Translations under genes and position numbers: made by a program
Part shown: positions 18,559 to 27,667 of the stretch, one piece after another
Layout of the letters: each line of letters opens with the position of its first letter
Numbering within the stretch: the stretch's first letter is position 1
Notes under the pieces: model-generated
The model's input: the letters and a program-made list of their open reading frames with translations, nothing else
Databases searched by the model: none
What the model was told of the DNA's origin: nothing
Source: an uncultured Acidimicrobiaceae bacterium
GTDB taxonomy: Bacteria; Actinomycetota; Acidimicrobiia; Acidimicrobiales; RAAP-2
Reading direction: 5' to 3'
Length of the DNA: 64,000 nucleotides
Assembly: GCA_963839925.1 (NCBI GenBank)
Contig: CAWIWV010000001.1
Span: 630,094 to 694,093 of the forward strand

Positions 18559-19884
18559 TCATCCGAAGATCCTCATCCCCCGCAGGGTGTCGACCGCGAG
18601 CTCGCGGAGTTTCACCCCGTGCTTGGCGGCGGCTGCCCGGGTCAGCCGCAGGCCGCCGGCTTTCGGCGTCGGGTTGGTCACCGTGAACATCCCTTCCGCC
18701 AGGTCGCAGATGAGGCCCGGGTAACGACGTTGCACCCGCTCGGAGAGGACCAGCGCGGGGGCCTTGCGCAACCGTTTGTGATCTGCGAGTACGAACTGCT
18801 GCTCGAGGTCGGTGCGGTAGGAGGCGAGTCCACCTGCCGAGCAGTCACCCGAGGCGATGGCACGGTCCACCGCCCGGCCGGCGGCGAAGCCCGACCCGAT
18901 GGCGAAGTTGACCCCTTCGAGCCAGATCCCTGCGGCCAGGGTCATGGCTGCCGCGTCTCCGGCGATGAGCATCCCGTCCATGGCGAGTGGCGGCATGGTG
19001 TCGTAGCCGCCTTCGGGGATCAGATGGGCCGCGTACTCTCGCAGTGTCGCGCCGCGCAGGTACGGTGCGATCGATGGATGGGCCTTCAGGTCGGCGATCA
19101 GCTCCTCGGGGCGGATTCCCGAGGCGGCGAGGTGGGGGAGCGAGAGCACCAGACCGACGCTGACGGTCGCGGCATTCGTGTAGAGGAACCCGCCGCCCGG
19201 GATGTCACGGGTGCAGCCGAGCATCTCGAAGTCCACCCCTTGGTGGTCACGGACCCCGAAGCGCTCGTTGATCGTCTCCGCGGGGAGTTCGAGGACCTCT
19301 TTCACCCCAAGGGTGTGGTGGGCGGCCTCGGCGCGAGCGACCAGCCCGGCTTCCTTGGCGAGCAGCGAGTTCACGCCGTCACATGCGATGACCACCTCGG
19401 ACCGCAGCTCGGCGCCGGCTCGATCGGTGCGCACCCCGACCACCCGGCCTCGGTCGTCCCGCAACAACCCGGTCGCCACGGTCGAGGTGAGGAGCTCGGC
19501 GCCGGCTTCGCGCGCCTTGGACGCGAGCCAGTTGTCGAAGTGGGACCGCACGGTGGTCATCCCGTTGAAGGGTGCCGACCCCCACGCCTCGGACCGGTAG
19601 TCGATCGACATCGACTGGGTCTCGGTCATCATGACCGTCGACCGGCGGACCACCCACCGCTCGGCGGGTGTCTCTTCCCACCAGCGCGGGATGATGTCGT
19701 CGAGCACTCTGCCGTAGACGACGCCCCCATAGACGTTCTTCGATCCGGGGAAGGGGCCTCGCTCCACCATCACCACCGAACGACCGGCCCGTGCGAGCGC
19801 GATCGCCGCAGCTGCTCCCGCCGGACCGGCGCCCACCACCACCGCGTCGAAGTTGGCCACGTCTGTCGATGCCATCCCGGTCAT
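18559..19884 (-). CDS. fixC: FixC / ETF-quinone-oxidoreductase-like FAD-dependent oxidoreductase
   Basis: 441 aa from ATG 19884 (MTGMASTDVANFDAVVVGAGPAGAAAAIALARAG). The ATGA overlaps the fixB stop. The 820-aa track ORF joins it to the out-of-frame N-terminal half of fixB. Confidence 0.85.
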   Translation of the reverse strand: MTGMASTDVANFDAVVVGAGPAGAAAAIALARAGRSVVMVERGPFPGSKNVYGGVVYGRVLDDIIPRWWEETPAERWVVRRSTVMMTETQSMSIDYRSEAWGSAPFNGMTTVRSHFDNWLASKAREAGAELLTSTVATGLLRDDRGRVVGVRTDRAGAELRSEVVIACDGVNSLLAKEAGLVARAEAAHHTLGVKEVLELPAETINERFGVRDHQGVDFEMLGCTRDIPGGGFLYTNAATVSVGLVLSLPHLAASGIRPEELIADLKAHPSIAPYLRGATLREYAAHLIPEGGYDTMPPLAMDGMLIAGDAAAMTLAAGIWLEGVNFAIGSGFAAGRAVDRAIASGDCSAGGLASYRTDLEQQFVLADHKRLRKAPALVLSERVQRRYPGLICDLAEGMFTVTNPTPKAGGLRLTRAAAAKHGVKLRELAVDTLRGMRIFG

Positions 19885-20958
19885 GAGCGGTCCCCATTCT
19901 CCTCGGGCAGCCTGATCCCGAATCGTCGGCCGAGCTCGACGAGGAGGCCTCCGGCGTCGGTGACCAGGCCGAGATCGGCCATGGCGGTCATCGGCGACGA
20001 CGGATCGGTGTTGACGCTCACCAGGTGGCGGGGGGTCCCGAGGCCACCGATGTGCTGCGCCGCCCCGGACACGCCGAACGCAACGTAGAGGTCCGGGTCG
20101 ATGGCGACCCCGGTGGTACCGATCTGCCGTTCGTAACCGGTCCAGCCGGCATCGGTTGCCACCCGGGTCGCACCAGCGGAGCCACCGACCGCTTCGGCTA
20201 CTCGGGACAGCAGATCGAACAGCGCCTTCGCCCCGGGTTCGTCGGAACCTGCCGCCAGCCCAGCGCCACCGGCCAGCACTCTGGTTGCGTCCGCCAGGTC
20301 CATCGTGCGGAGATCGGGCTCGAGCACGTCGAGAACCTCTGGATCGGCTGGACCGGCGCCGGATCTCCCTGAACTCCTCACGAATTCCGGGGAGCGGATC
20401 CACCGCACATCCCTGCCGTTGCGAGTCGACCGAGCGAACCCCCGGCGTCAGCGTTGCGACTGCGGGACCGTCCACGACGACGGGCACCAGGACCCGGTCG
20501 TCGAGCCGGGACACCACGGCGCGCACCTGACAGGACGGCTGCTCGGTCTCCGCAGCTGGAAGTGGACCGCATTCGACCCGGATCGTCTGAGCGATCAAAT
20601 CGCGGTCCATCGCAGCGGCAAGGCGCGGGGCGAGATCGCGACCGTCAGGGGATGCCGGCAGGACCACCAGCGGCACCCGCTCGAGCAGGGGAGCCAGCGC
20701 CGCCGCAAGGGAAGCCGGTCGGAGTCCCGCGCCGGTCTCGCCCCAGAAGGCCTGGTGTGCGCTGGTCAGCGCTCGGGCGCCCTGCTCGGCTCCCGAGCCG
20801 ACCACGACGGCAACCCCACCCGCTTCGGCCACGGTCTCGTCTGCACCGGTGGGAAGCCTCCCGTCCCGCGCCACGATCACCGCGAGCGCAGACGTCCGCG
20901 TGTCGCCGGTTTCGAAGAACGGGGTGCGAGGACCGCTCGCCTGTTCGACCCGGCTCAC
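19881..20958 (-). pseudogene. Electron transfer flavoprotein alpha subunit (FixB/EtfA-like) with a frameshift at about 20340-20410
   Basis: GTG 20958 overlaps the upstream stop (GTGA). The N-domain (ALAVIVARDGRLP...VPLVVLPASPDGRDLAPRLAA) is in one frame. The FAD domain (VLAGGAGL...ATRVATDAGW...YVAFGVSGAAQH) is in the frame of ORF 19881-20408. The span is 1078 nt (3n+1). Confidence 0.75.
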
Positions 20959-22925
20959 AGGGCCACCGCCACCTGGTGACCCTCCACGACCGCTGCGTGC
21001 GCTCGCCGGGGGGCAACGCAATCACCGACCCGGTGCACGGGAAAGGAGCACTGGGCAAGCTCCCGCCACAGGTCGTTCTCGGGTTGCTGATGGACCGAGC
21101 AGACCACCCAGTCGCACGACCGTTCGACCGTGGTGCCTGTGGGGTGGTGCTGCAGCTCGAGCATGACCCCACCACTTGCTCCGTCCGCCTCGCGCACTCC
21201 CATCGGCACCAGGTCGACGCTCTGGCCGATCTCTTTCGCGTGCGCTTTCACGTTCCAGATCTCCATGTCGAGGGTCACCCCGAGGTCCTGTGCCACCACC
21301 ATCCCGTTGGTCACGATCTCGACGCGGCACCCGCGGTCGGCCAGCAGTTCGGCGGTGGAGGTGGCCTGGTGGAACCCGAGCTCGTCGACGACGACCACCG
21401 ATCCCTGGGGGTGGGACCGCCCCTCGAGGACGTCGCGTACGTCGACCACCCTCGGGTGATCGCCGGCCCACCACGGCCGGGCCGGTCTGGCTCCGGTCGC
21501 GAGGATCACCGCATCGGGCCGCTGCGCCTGGATCGCCGCCCGAGTTGCCTCGGTTCCGGTCAGGAGTTCGACACCGAGCCGGTGTGCGGCCACGACCAGG
21601 TTTCGGGTGATGTCGAGGAACTCGGCGCGGCTGGGCACCGAGGCGGCGACCTGCACCTGGCCTCCGAGCCGTGCGGCCCGTTCGAACAAGGTCACCCGGT
21701 GTCCCCGTTCCGCCGCGCTGACCGCGGCCTGCAACCCTCCCGGCCCACCTCCGACGACGACCACCTTGTGGCGTCGACGAGGCGGTGGGACGAAGGCCGT
21801 GGCTTCTTTGCCGGTCAGCGGGTTCTCGATGCAGCCGAGCCATCGGTTGAGTCCCATGCGCCCCACACACTCCTGGTTGCAGGAGAGGCAGGTGCGGATG
21901 TCGACGGCGTGCCCCGAGCGGGCCTTGGCGCCGAAGTCCGCGTCGGCGATCTGACCGCGGACGATGCCGACCAGATCGCAGAGCCCCTCGTCGAGAGCGC
22001 GGTCCGCCTGTCGCGGGTCCTTGAACCGCCCGACGCCGACGACCGGAATGTCGACGGCTTCCCTGATCGCGCTCGGGATGAACATGGCGTAGCCGGGGGG
22101 CACCTGCATGCTCGCCTCGATCATGTACAACGTGGCGGTGGCCACGCCGATCGAGGTGTTGATGTAGTCGACCTGACCGGAGGCGTCCACCATGCGGGCA
22201 ACCGCGACCGCATCCTCGATGGTGGTGCCGCCCTCGATCAGCTCGTCCCCGCACAGGCGTACGCCGAGCACCCGATCGCGACCGATCACCGACCGGACCG
22301 CGTCGACGATCTCGAGCAACAGCCGCGCCCGGTTGGGCAGCGCGCCGCCGTAGTCGTCCTCTCGGTGGTTGGTCGCCGGGGACAGGAACCCGCGCACAAT
22401 CGACGAGTGGGAGCACTGGAGCTCGATGCCGTCGAAGCCGCCCTCCATGCAGTGGCCGGCCACCGTCGCATAGCCGGCGACCAGCTCCGTGATCTCATGG
22501 ATCTCGACTGCCTTGGGCACCTCCCGGAAGAGGGGATCGGGCACCGGACTGGGTGCCCACACCGGCAGGCGCGAGTACATGCTCGAGGCCTGGCCCCCGT
22601 TGTGGTTGATCTGGGCGAGGATGGGCACGTCGTACGCGTGGACGGCCTCGGTGATCCGACGGTATCCCTCGACCACCTCCGGATTGAAGCCGTGGATGAG
22701 CTTCTCGTAGGGCCAGTCGGTGGGATGGGTGGAGTGTTCCTCCGTGATGATCAGCCCGGCACCCCCCGCAGCCCGCGCCCGGTAGTAGGCCGCATGCTGC
22801 TCGGTCGGCAGCCCGGTGCGCGCGTAGTTGGTGAGGTGGGCCGAGAACACGATCCTGTTCGCGAGGGTCAGCGGGCCGATCCGAAGCGGGCTGAAGAGAT
22901 GGCGGTACTGACCTCCCGCGCTCAT
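20955..22925 (-). CDS. FadH/OYE-family flavoprotein oxidoreductase (2,4-dienoyl-CoA-reductase-like; mycofactocin-system type)
   Basis: 656 aa. OYE barrel (LANRIVFSAHLTN, INHNGGQ), Cys-rich linker CLSCNQECVGR, then a GGGPGG Rossmann domain. Confidence 0.85.
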   Translation of the reverse strand: MSAGGQYRHLFSPLRIGPLTLANRIVFSAHLTNYARTGLPTEQHAAYYRARAAGGAGLIITEEHSTHPTDWPYEKLIHGFNPEVVEGYRRITEAVHAYDVPILAQINHNGGQASSMYSRLPVWAPSPVPDPLFREVPKAVEIHEITELVAGYATVAGHCMEGGFDGIELQCSHSSIVRGFLSPATNHREDDYGGALPNRARLLLEIVDAVRSVIGRDRVLGVRLCGDELIEGGTTIEDAVAVARMVDASGQVDYINTSIGVATATLYMIEASMQVPPGYAMFIPSAIREAVDIPVVGVGRFKDPRQADRALDEGLCDLVGIVRGQIADADFGAKARSGHAVDIRTCLSCNQECVGRMGLNRWLGCIENPLTGKEATAFVPPPRRRHKVVVVGGGPGGLQAAVSAAERGHRVTLFERAARLGGQVQVAASVPSRAEFLDITRNLVVAAHRLGVELLTGTEATRAAIQAQRPDAVILATGARPARPWWAGDHPRVVDVRDVLEGRSHPQGSVVVVDELGFHQATSTAELLADRGCRVEIVTNGMVVAQDLGVTLDMEIWNVKAHAKEIGQSVDLVPMGVREADGASGGVMLELQHHPTGTTVERSCDWVVCSVHQQPENDLWRELAQCSFPVHRVGDCVAPRRAHAAVVEGHQVAVAL

Positions 22926-22964
22926 CGGGTCAACCCACCCTCACCGAACTGCTTCGGACATGGT

Positions 22965-23810
22965 TCACCGTGTCGCCGATCCGGCGTCGACGGTGAGGGT
23001 GAGCCCGGTGACCATGCGGGACTCGTCCGAGGAGAGGAACACCAACGCTTCGCTCACGTCAGCGGGCGTGACCAGATCCACGGGCAGCGAGTTGAGGAAG
23101 ACCGAACCGGTCCGCGGGTTCGAGTCGATGCACTCGCCCAGTCCGGAGAGGCCGGCGAGCATCGGCGTGTCCACACCGGTCGGGTGGATCGAGTTGACCC
23201 GGATGTCGTACATGGCGAGCTCGACCGCCAGCGACCGCATCACGCCGACCAGTGCGTGTTTCGACGCCGTGTAGGGATGGAAGAACGGTTGCCCCTTGAG
23301 GCCGGCGACCGAGCTGATCAGCACCATCGAGCCACCGCCCGCGGCGATGAGGTGAGGGGTGGCCGCGACGCAGGTGTTCCAGACCCCGGTCAGGTTGACG
23401 CCGACCACCGTGTCCCACACCGAGGGGGTGACCTCGTCCCACCGTTGCACGGTGCACACCCCGGCGTTGGCGACGGCCACGTCCAGCCGCCCGAGATGGC
23501 CGACACCGTCGTCGACGGCGGCCGACAGCGCGCCGGAGTCGCGCACGTCGACTCGATGACTGACCATCGTTCGCCCGGTCTCTGCGACCAACCGAGCCGT
23601 CTCTTCGAGGTCCGCGGGTGTCGCGAGCGGGTAGGGGATCCCCGGCAGGTCGTCGCAGATGTCGATGCCGATGATGTCTGCGCCCTCACGCGCGAGTCGC
23701 ACCGCATGGGACCGGCCTTGTCCACGTGCGGCTCCGGTGATCAGGGCCACCTTGCCCCTGACCCGGCCGCTGCTCTCCGCCGGCTCCGCGGGCGCGCCTG
23801 CGGTGGTCAC
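22965..23810 (-). CDS. Mycofactocin-coupled SDR family oxidoreductase (second copy)
   Basis: 281 aa. GKVALITGAARGQGRS, the clade insert DLPGIPYPLATPADLEET, and YTASKHA. The GTG start overlaps the upstream stop (GTGA at 23807-23810). Confidence 0.85.
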   Translation of the reverse strand: MTTAGAPAEPAESSGRVRGKVALITGAARGQGRSHAVRLAREGADIIGIDICDDLPGIPYPLATPADLEETARLVAETGRTMVSHRVDVRDSGALSAAVDDGVGHLGRLDVAVANAGVCTVQRWDEVTPSVWDTVVGVNLTGVWNTCVAATPHLIAAGGGSMVLISSVAGLKGQPFFHPYTASKHALVGVMRSLAVELAMYDIRVNSIHPTGVDTPMLAGLSGLGECIDSNPRTGSVFLNSLPVDLVTPADVSEALVFLSSDESRMVTGLTLTVDAGSATR

Positions 23811-25781
23811 TGGTTCGCCCCCACCAACATCGGGATCCCCGGCGCGCCGTCACCGCCCGCAATCGCCAGGGCCGCACGCCGTCCCTCGAGCACCGCGTCG
23901 AGCACCCCTCTCGGCGCCACGCAGTCGCCCACCCGCCACGCGCCCGGCCGCAGGAGCGAGAGCGAATCGTCAGGGAGGCGATGGCCGCAGTCGATGATCG
24001 CCGCGCAGCCGATCGCTCGTTGCTCGCCGGTCCAGCGGTCTTCGAGGAGCGCCTCCCCGCCACCGGCGCTGCGCAAGAGCGCTCGCAGTTCGCGACGGAC
24101 GCCCGCCCGTTGGAGTCGGGTGTTGGCGTCGGCCAGATCCCCGGTCAACGACAGCAGGGTTCCCGCCACCTGGTCTTGGGTGACGAGGGCAACCTCGCGC
24201 TCGAGACCGGCCAGCCATTCCGCGACCCCCACCCCGACCGGACCGCCCACCGGATCGAGCACGACCACCGGGCCATCCGGTAGGAGCTCGGGCCCGCCGT
24301 CGAGCACCTCCAACGGATCGAACACCGGGCAACCTTCGACCGGGACGGCGATCGGAGCCCTCCGCGAGCCGGTGGCGAGCACCACCTCGGTGCCCTCCGA
24401 ATGTGCCACGTCGAGATCGGCCGCAGACGCCTCCACCCCGGTCTCGATCGCCACACCTCGTGCCCCGCACTCGTCGACCAGCCACGAGACGAGACGCGCG
24501 ATCCGGTCGCGGCCCGGACCGACCGCACAGGTGCGGGCCGTCCCCCCGGCACGCTCCGTTCGCTCCACGATCCGGACCCGGTGCCCTCGGGCACTCAGCA
24601 CCCTCGCGCATTCGAGGCCTGCGACCCCTGCGCCGACGATGAGCACCTGCCGGGTGACCGGATCACTGCCGGCAACCGATGGCTCGATGGTCTCGTAGCC
24701 ACTGCGCGGCTCACCGATGCAGCTCACGATCGGGTTGCGGTTGTCGCGAACCCGACAGGCTTGGTTGCAGAGCACGCACGGGCGAATCCGGGAGGTCTGC
24801 CCACTTCGGATGAGCTGGACCAGTCGCGGCTCGGCGATCTGGGCGCGGGTCATCTCCACCAGGTCGGACGTCCCGTCGTCGAGGGCCGACTGAGCCGCAT
24901 CGGGATCGACGACGCTCCCTTGGAGGACGACAGCGGCCCGACCGTCGGCGGCCTCGCGGATCTGGCGGCAGAGCGCGAGGTTGAAAGAGGGTTCGGCGTG
25001 GCCGTCCGGGCGGTAGGCCGACGTCGAGAAGGGACCGCCGCGCACCACGACCAGCAGGTCCACCAGCTCTGCGAGTTCGGCGACGTGCTGCACCGCCTGT
25101 TCGGGGGTGACTCCCGCCCATGGGGCGAGCTCGTCGCAGCTGAGACGCAAGGAGAGCACCCGGTCGGTGCCGATTGCCGCTCGCACCGTGCGGAGCACGT
25201 CACGGGTGACACGGAGCCGATCCGTTCCGTACGAGTCGCTCCGCAGGTTGGTCAGCCCCGAATGGAACTGGCGCAGCAGCGAAAAGGCTCCGGCATCGAT
25301 CTCCACCCCGTCGAGATCCGACCGGACGGCGTTCCCCGCCGCCGCGGTGAACGCGTCGACCAACTGCTCGATCTCGCGGGCCTCCATCTCCATGGGCATC
25401 TCGCGGGTCGCGACGTCGGCCACCGGGGAGGGCGCCCAAAGGACCGACTGGGAGTAGGCGCTCGATCCTTGCCCGCCGGCGTGGCCGAGGCCCGCCAGCA
25501 CCAGCGCTCCGTGCCGGTGGCACGCGGCGGCGATGGCAGACCAGCCCGGGCCGCAGTCGTCGGCGAGCGGCGCCCGCTCGTAGGGCCAATCCGACGGATG
25601 GACCGACGCCGTCTCGGTGACCACGATCCCCGCGCCGCCGGCCGCGCGCTCCTCGTAGTAGGCGAGATGGCGCGCTCGAGAACGCGCGTTCCTCGCCGAG
25701 GTTGGTCTCGTGGGGGCCGAAGACCACCCGTGCGGGTGCGCGGCGCCCGGCCAGGACGACCGGGTCCTCCAGACGTGTCAT
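23807..25781 (-). pseudogene. FadH/OYE-family flavoprotein oxidoreductase (second paralog) with a frame break at 25667-25682
   Basis: ATG 25781 gives MTRLEDPVVLAGRRAPARVVFGPHETNLGEERAFS in one frame. The protein continues RARHLAYYEERAAGGAGIVVTETASVHPSDWPYE... in the frame of the 605-aa ORF. CVLCNQACRVR linker and IVGAGVAGLECA Rossmann motif. The span is 1975 nt (3n+1). Confidence 0.75.
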
Positions 25782-25784
25782 CGA

Positions 25785-27011
25785 TCAGCGCCGGTGGGTG
25801 CCTTGTGCCGCACCAGCGAGCGGGCTCTCGTCGCACGGTCGGGTCGGAGGTCGTGCGAGGAGGGCGACCGGTGCACCCCTCCTCCGGCGGGAGTGGTCAA
25901 CCGTTGGGGCAGGAGGAGCACTGCTGCGCGCCTCGAGTGCGCTCTCTCCGTGGCCGAGCACGCATTCGGGATCGGGACCGTCGAGTGGGAGACCGGTGAA
26001 GAACTTCGCAGCCATGCACCCACCCCGACACCCGTCGTAGTGGCCGCACGATGCGCACGCCCCGGCACTCTGTGGGCGACGGAGTTCTTCGAAGAGATCG
26101 GAGTGACGCCAAACCTCCGCGAACCCGCCACGGGAGCGGACGTTTCCGGCAAGGAACTCGTCGTGGATCGCGAACGGGCACGCGTAGACGTCGCCGACCG
26201 GGTCGATCAGGCACACCACCCTTCCCGCACCGCACAGGTTCAATCCGGGCAGCGCGTCGCCGTAGCCCGCAAGATGGAAGAACGAATCACCGGTGAGGAC
26301 CGCTTCGCCCTTTCGCAACAGCCAGTCGTAGAGGATCCGTTGCTGGTCGGAGGTCGGGTGCAGTTCGTCCCAGACCGTGGCGCCCCGCCCCGAGGGTCTC
26401 AGCCGGGTGAGGCGGAGCTGTGCGCGGTAGCGCTGGGCGAGCTCCTCAAAGGCATCGAGCTGGGGGATGTTGTGCCGGGTGGCGACAACCGACAGCTTGA
26501 ACCCGGCGAACCCGGCATTGGCCAGGTGGTCCATCGCTGTGATCGCGGTGTCGAAGGAACCCTCCCCGCGGATGGCGTCGTTCACCGCCGCATCGGCGCC
26601 ATCCAGGGAGATCTGGACGTCGACGTAGTCGCTTGCCGCCAACCGCTCGGCCACAACGGGTGTGATTCGAGAACCGTTCGTGGAGAATTTGATGCCCACT
26701 CGGTGGGACGTGGCGTACTCCACCAGCTCCCAGAAGTCGGCCCGCACCGTCGGTTCGCCGCCTCCGATGTTGACGTAGAAGATCTGCATGCGCTCGAACT
26801 CGTCGATGAGCGCCTTGCATTCGTCGGTGGAGAGCTCGCGTGGATCCCGTCGACCGGAGCTCGAGAGGCAGTGGGTGCAGGCAAGGTTGCACGCGTAGGT
26901 GAGTTCCCAGGTGAGACAGATCGGCGCGTCCAGGCCGCGTTCGAACCGGTCGACCAGTCGGAAGGTTGCAGGAACTCGCGTGGAGGACTCCTGCACGCCG
27001 ACCACGGTCAC
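25785..27011 (-). CDS. mftC: Mycofactocin radical SAM maturase
   Basis: GTG 27011 overlaps the mftB stop (GTGA). CNLACTHC radical-SAM cluster motif, then a Cys-rich SPASM-like C-terminal region (CGAGRVVC...CPF...CASCGHYDGCRGGC). Confidence 0.9.
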   Translation of the reverse strand: MTVVGVQESSTRVPATFRLVDRFERGLDAPICLTWELTYACNLACTHCLSSSGRRDPRELSTDECKALIDEFERMQIFYVNIGGGEPTVRADFWELVEYATSHRVGIKFSTNGSRITPVVAERLAASDYVDVQISLDGADAAVNDAIRGEGSFDTAITAMDHLANAGFAGFKLSVVATRHNIPQLDAFEELAQRYRAQLRLTRLRPSGRGATVWDELHPTSDQQRILYDWLLRKGEAVLTGDSFFHLAGYGDALPGLNLCGAGRVVCLIDPVGDVYACPFAIHDEFLAGNVRSRGGFAEVWRHSDLFEELRRPQSAGACASCGHYDGCRGGCMAAKFFTGLPLDGPDPECVLGHGESALEARSSAPPAPTVDHSRRRRGAPVALLARPPTRPCDESPLAGAAQGTHRR

Positions 27012-27331
27012 GGCTCGTCCCGTCTGCAGATCATGTCGGTGCGGGCGAGCGTTTCGAGGGCCCGGTCGTAGGTGTCGAGCTCGGAGATCGCCACCCCGGC
27101 CGCGAGGCACGCGTCACGGGCGGACGACTGCTCGTCCAGCGATTGAAGGATGGCCAAGAGGGTCCGGCTCTTCACGAAGGAGAGCCGCCGGGTGCCGAAG
27201 TGGTAGGCGAGCGCGCCGAACTCCTCGGGTCGCAAGGAGACCTGTGGATGGAGTCTCCAGGGGAACGACGGGTCGTAGGGGGACGAACGGTCGTGCTTCA
27301 AGGAGACGGCGTCAGGTGTGGCAGGCGACAT
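27008..27331 (-). CDS. mftB: Mycofactocin biosynthesis chaperone (RiPP recognition protein)
   Basis: 107 aa from ATG 27331 (MSPATPDAV...). The block PWRLHPQVSLRPEEFGALAYHFGTRRLSFVKS is typical of MftB. The longer track ORF start at 27394 would overlap mftA. Confidence 0.85.
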   Translation of the reverse strand: MSPATPDAVSLKHDRSSPYDPSFPWRLHPQVSLRPEEFGALAYHFGTRRLSFVKSRTLLAILQSLDEQSSARDACLAAGVAISELDTYDRALETLARTDMICRRDEP

Positions 27332-27378
27332 CAGCGCGCGTTGGGGGTCGATCGCCGGAGCGGGCAGGGCGGATGGCG

Positions 27379-27537
27379 TCAGTAGACGCCGCACATCCCG
27401 TCGATGGAGACGTCCTCGACCAACAGATCGGACTCGACCAGCACGACCTCCTCCGGCGATTCGGTTCGGATCTGATCGGCCGGTTTCGCCTGCGACTCGG
27501 TGGTGACGGTCGGTTGGTCGGATGCGGCGATGCTCAT
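27379..27537 (-). CDS. mftA: Mycofactocin precursor peptide
   Basis: 52-aa ORF, below the length cutoff of the supplied track: MSIAASDQPTVTTESQAKPADQIRTESPEEVVLVESDLLVEDVSIDGMCGVY. GGAGGA SD 5 nt upstream of the ATG. The C-terminal IDGMCGVY is the MftA hallmark. Confidence 0.9.
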   Translation of the reverse strand: MSIAASDQPTVTTESQAKPADQIRTESPEEVVLVESDLLVEDVSIDGMCGVY

Positions 27538-27629
27538 GGATCCTCCGATGTTCGGCCGGCCTCAGCCGGAGTTGCAGGCGGAAAAGTCGTGGTCGACCCC
27601 GGCTTCCCGGAAGCCGTCGGGGTCATCGG

Positions 27630-27662
27630 TTCCAATTTATAGCACTCGATGTCAAAATGGAA
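27630..27662. promoter_or_regulatory. Imperfect inverted repeat in an AT-rich island between mftA and mftR; candidate MftR operator and promoter region
   Basis: TTCCAATTT (27630-27638), N15, AAAATGGAA (27654-27662): 8 of 9 positions are complementary. Extended -10-like TGcTATAAA on the minus strand (TATAAA at 27641-27636). CAAAAT on the plus strand ends 9 nt before the mftR ATG. Confidence 0.4.
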
Positions 27663-27667
27663 GTCTC

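Noticed and set aside
18559-21021. 820-aa ORF.
   Set aside because: It is a chimera: the N-terminal domain of fixB runs through an out-of-frame stretch into fixC, whose real start is ATG 19884.
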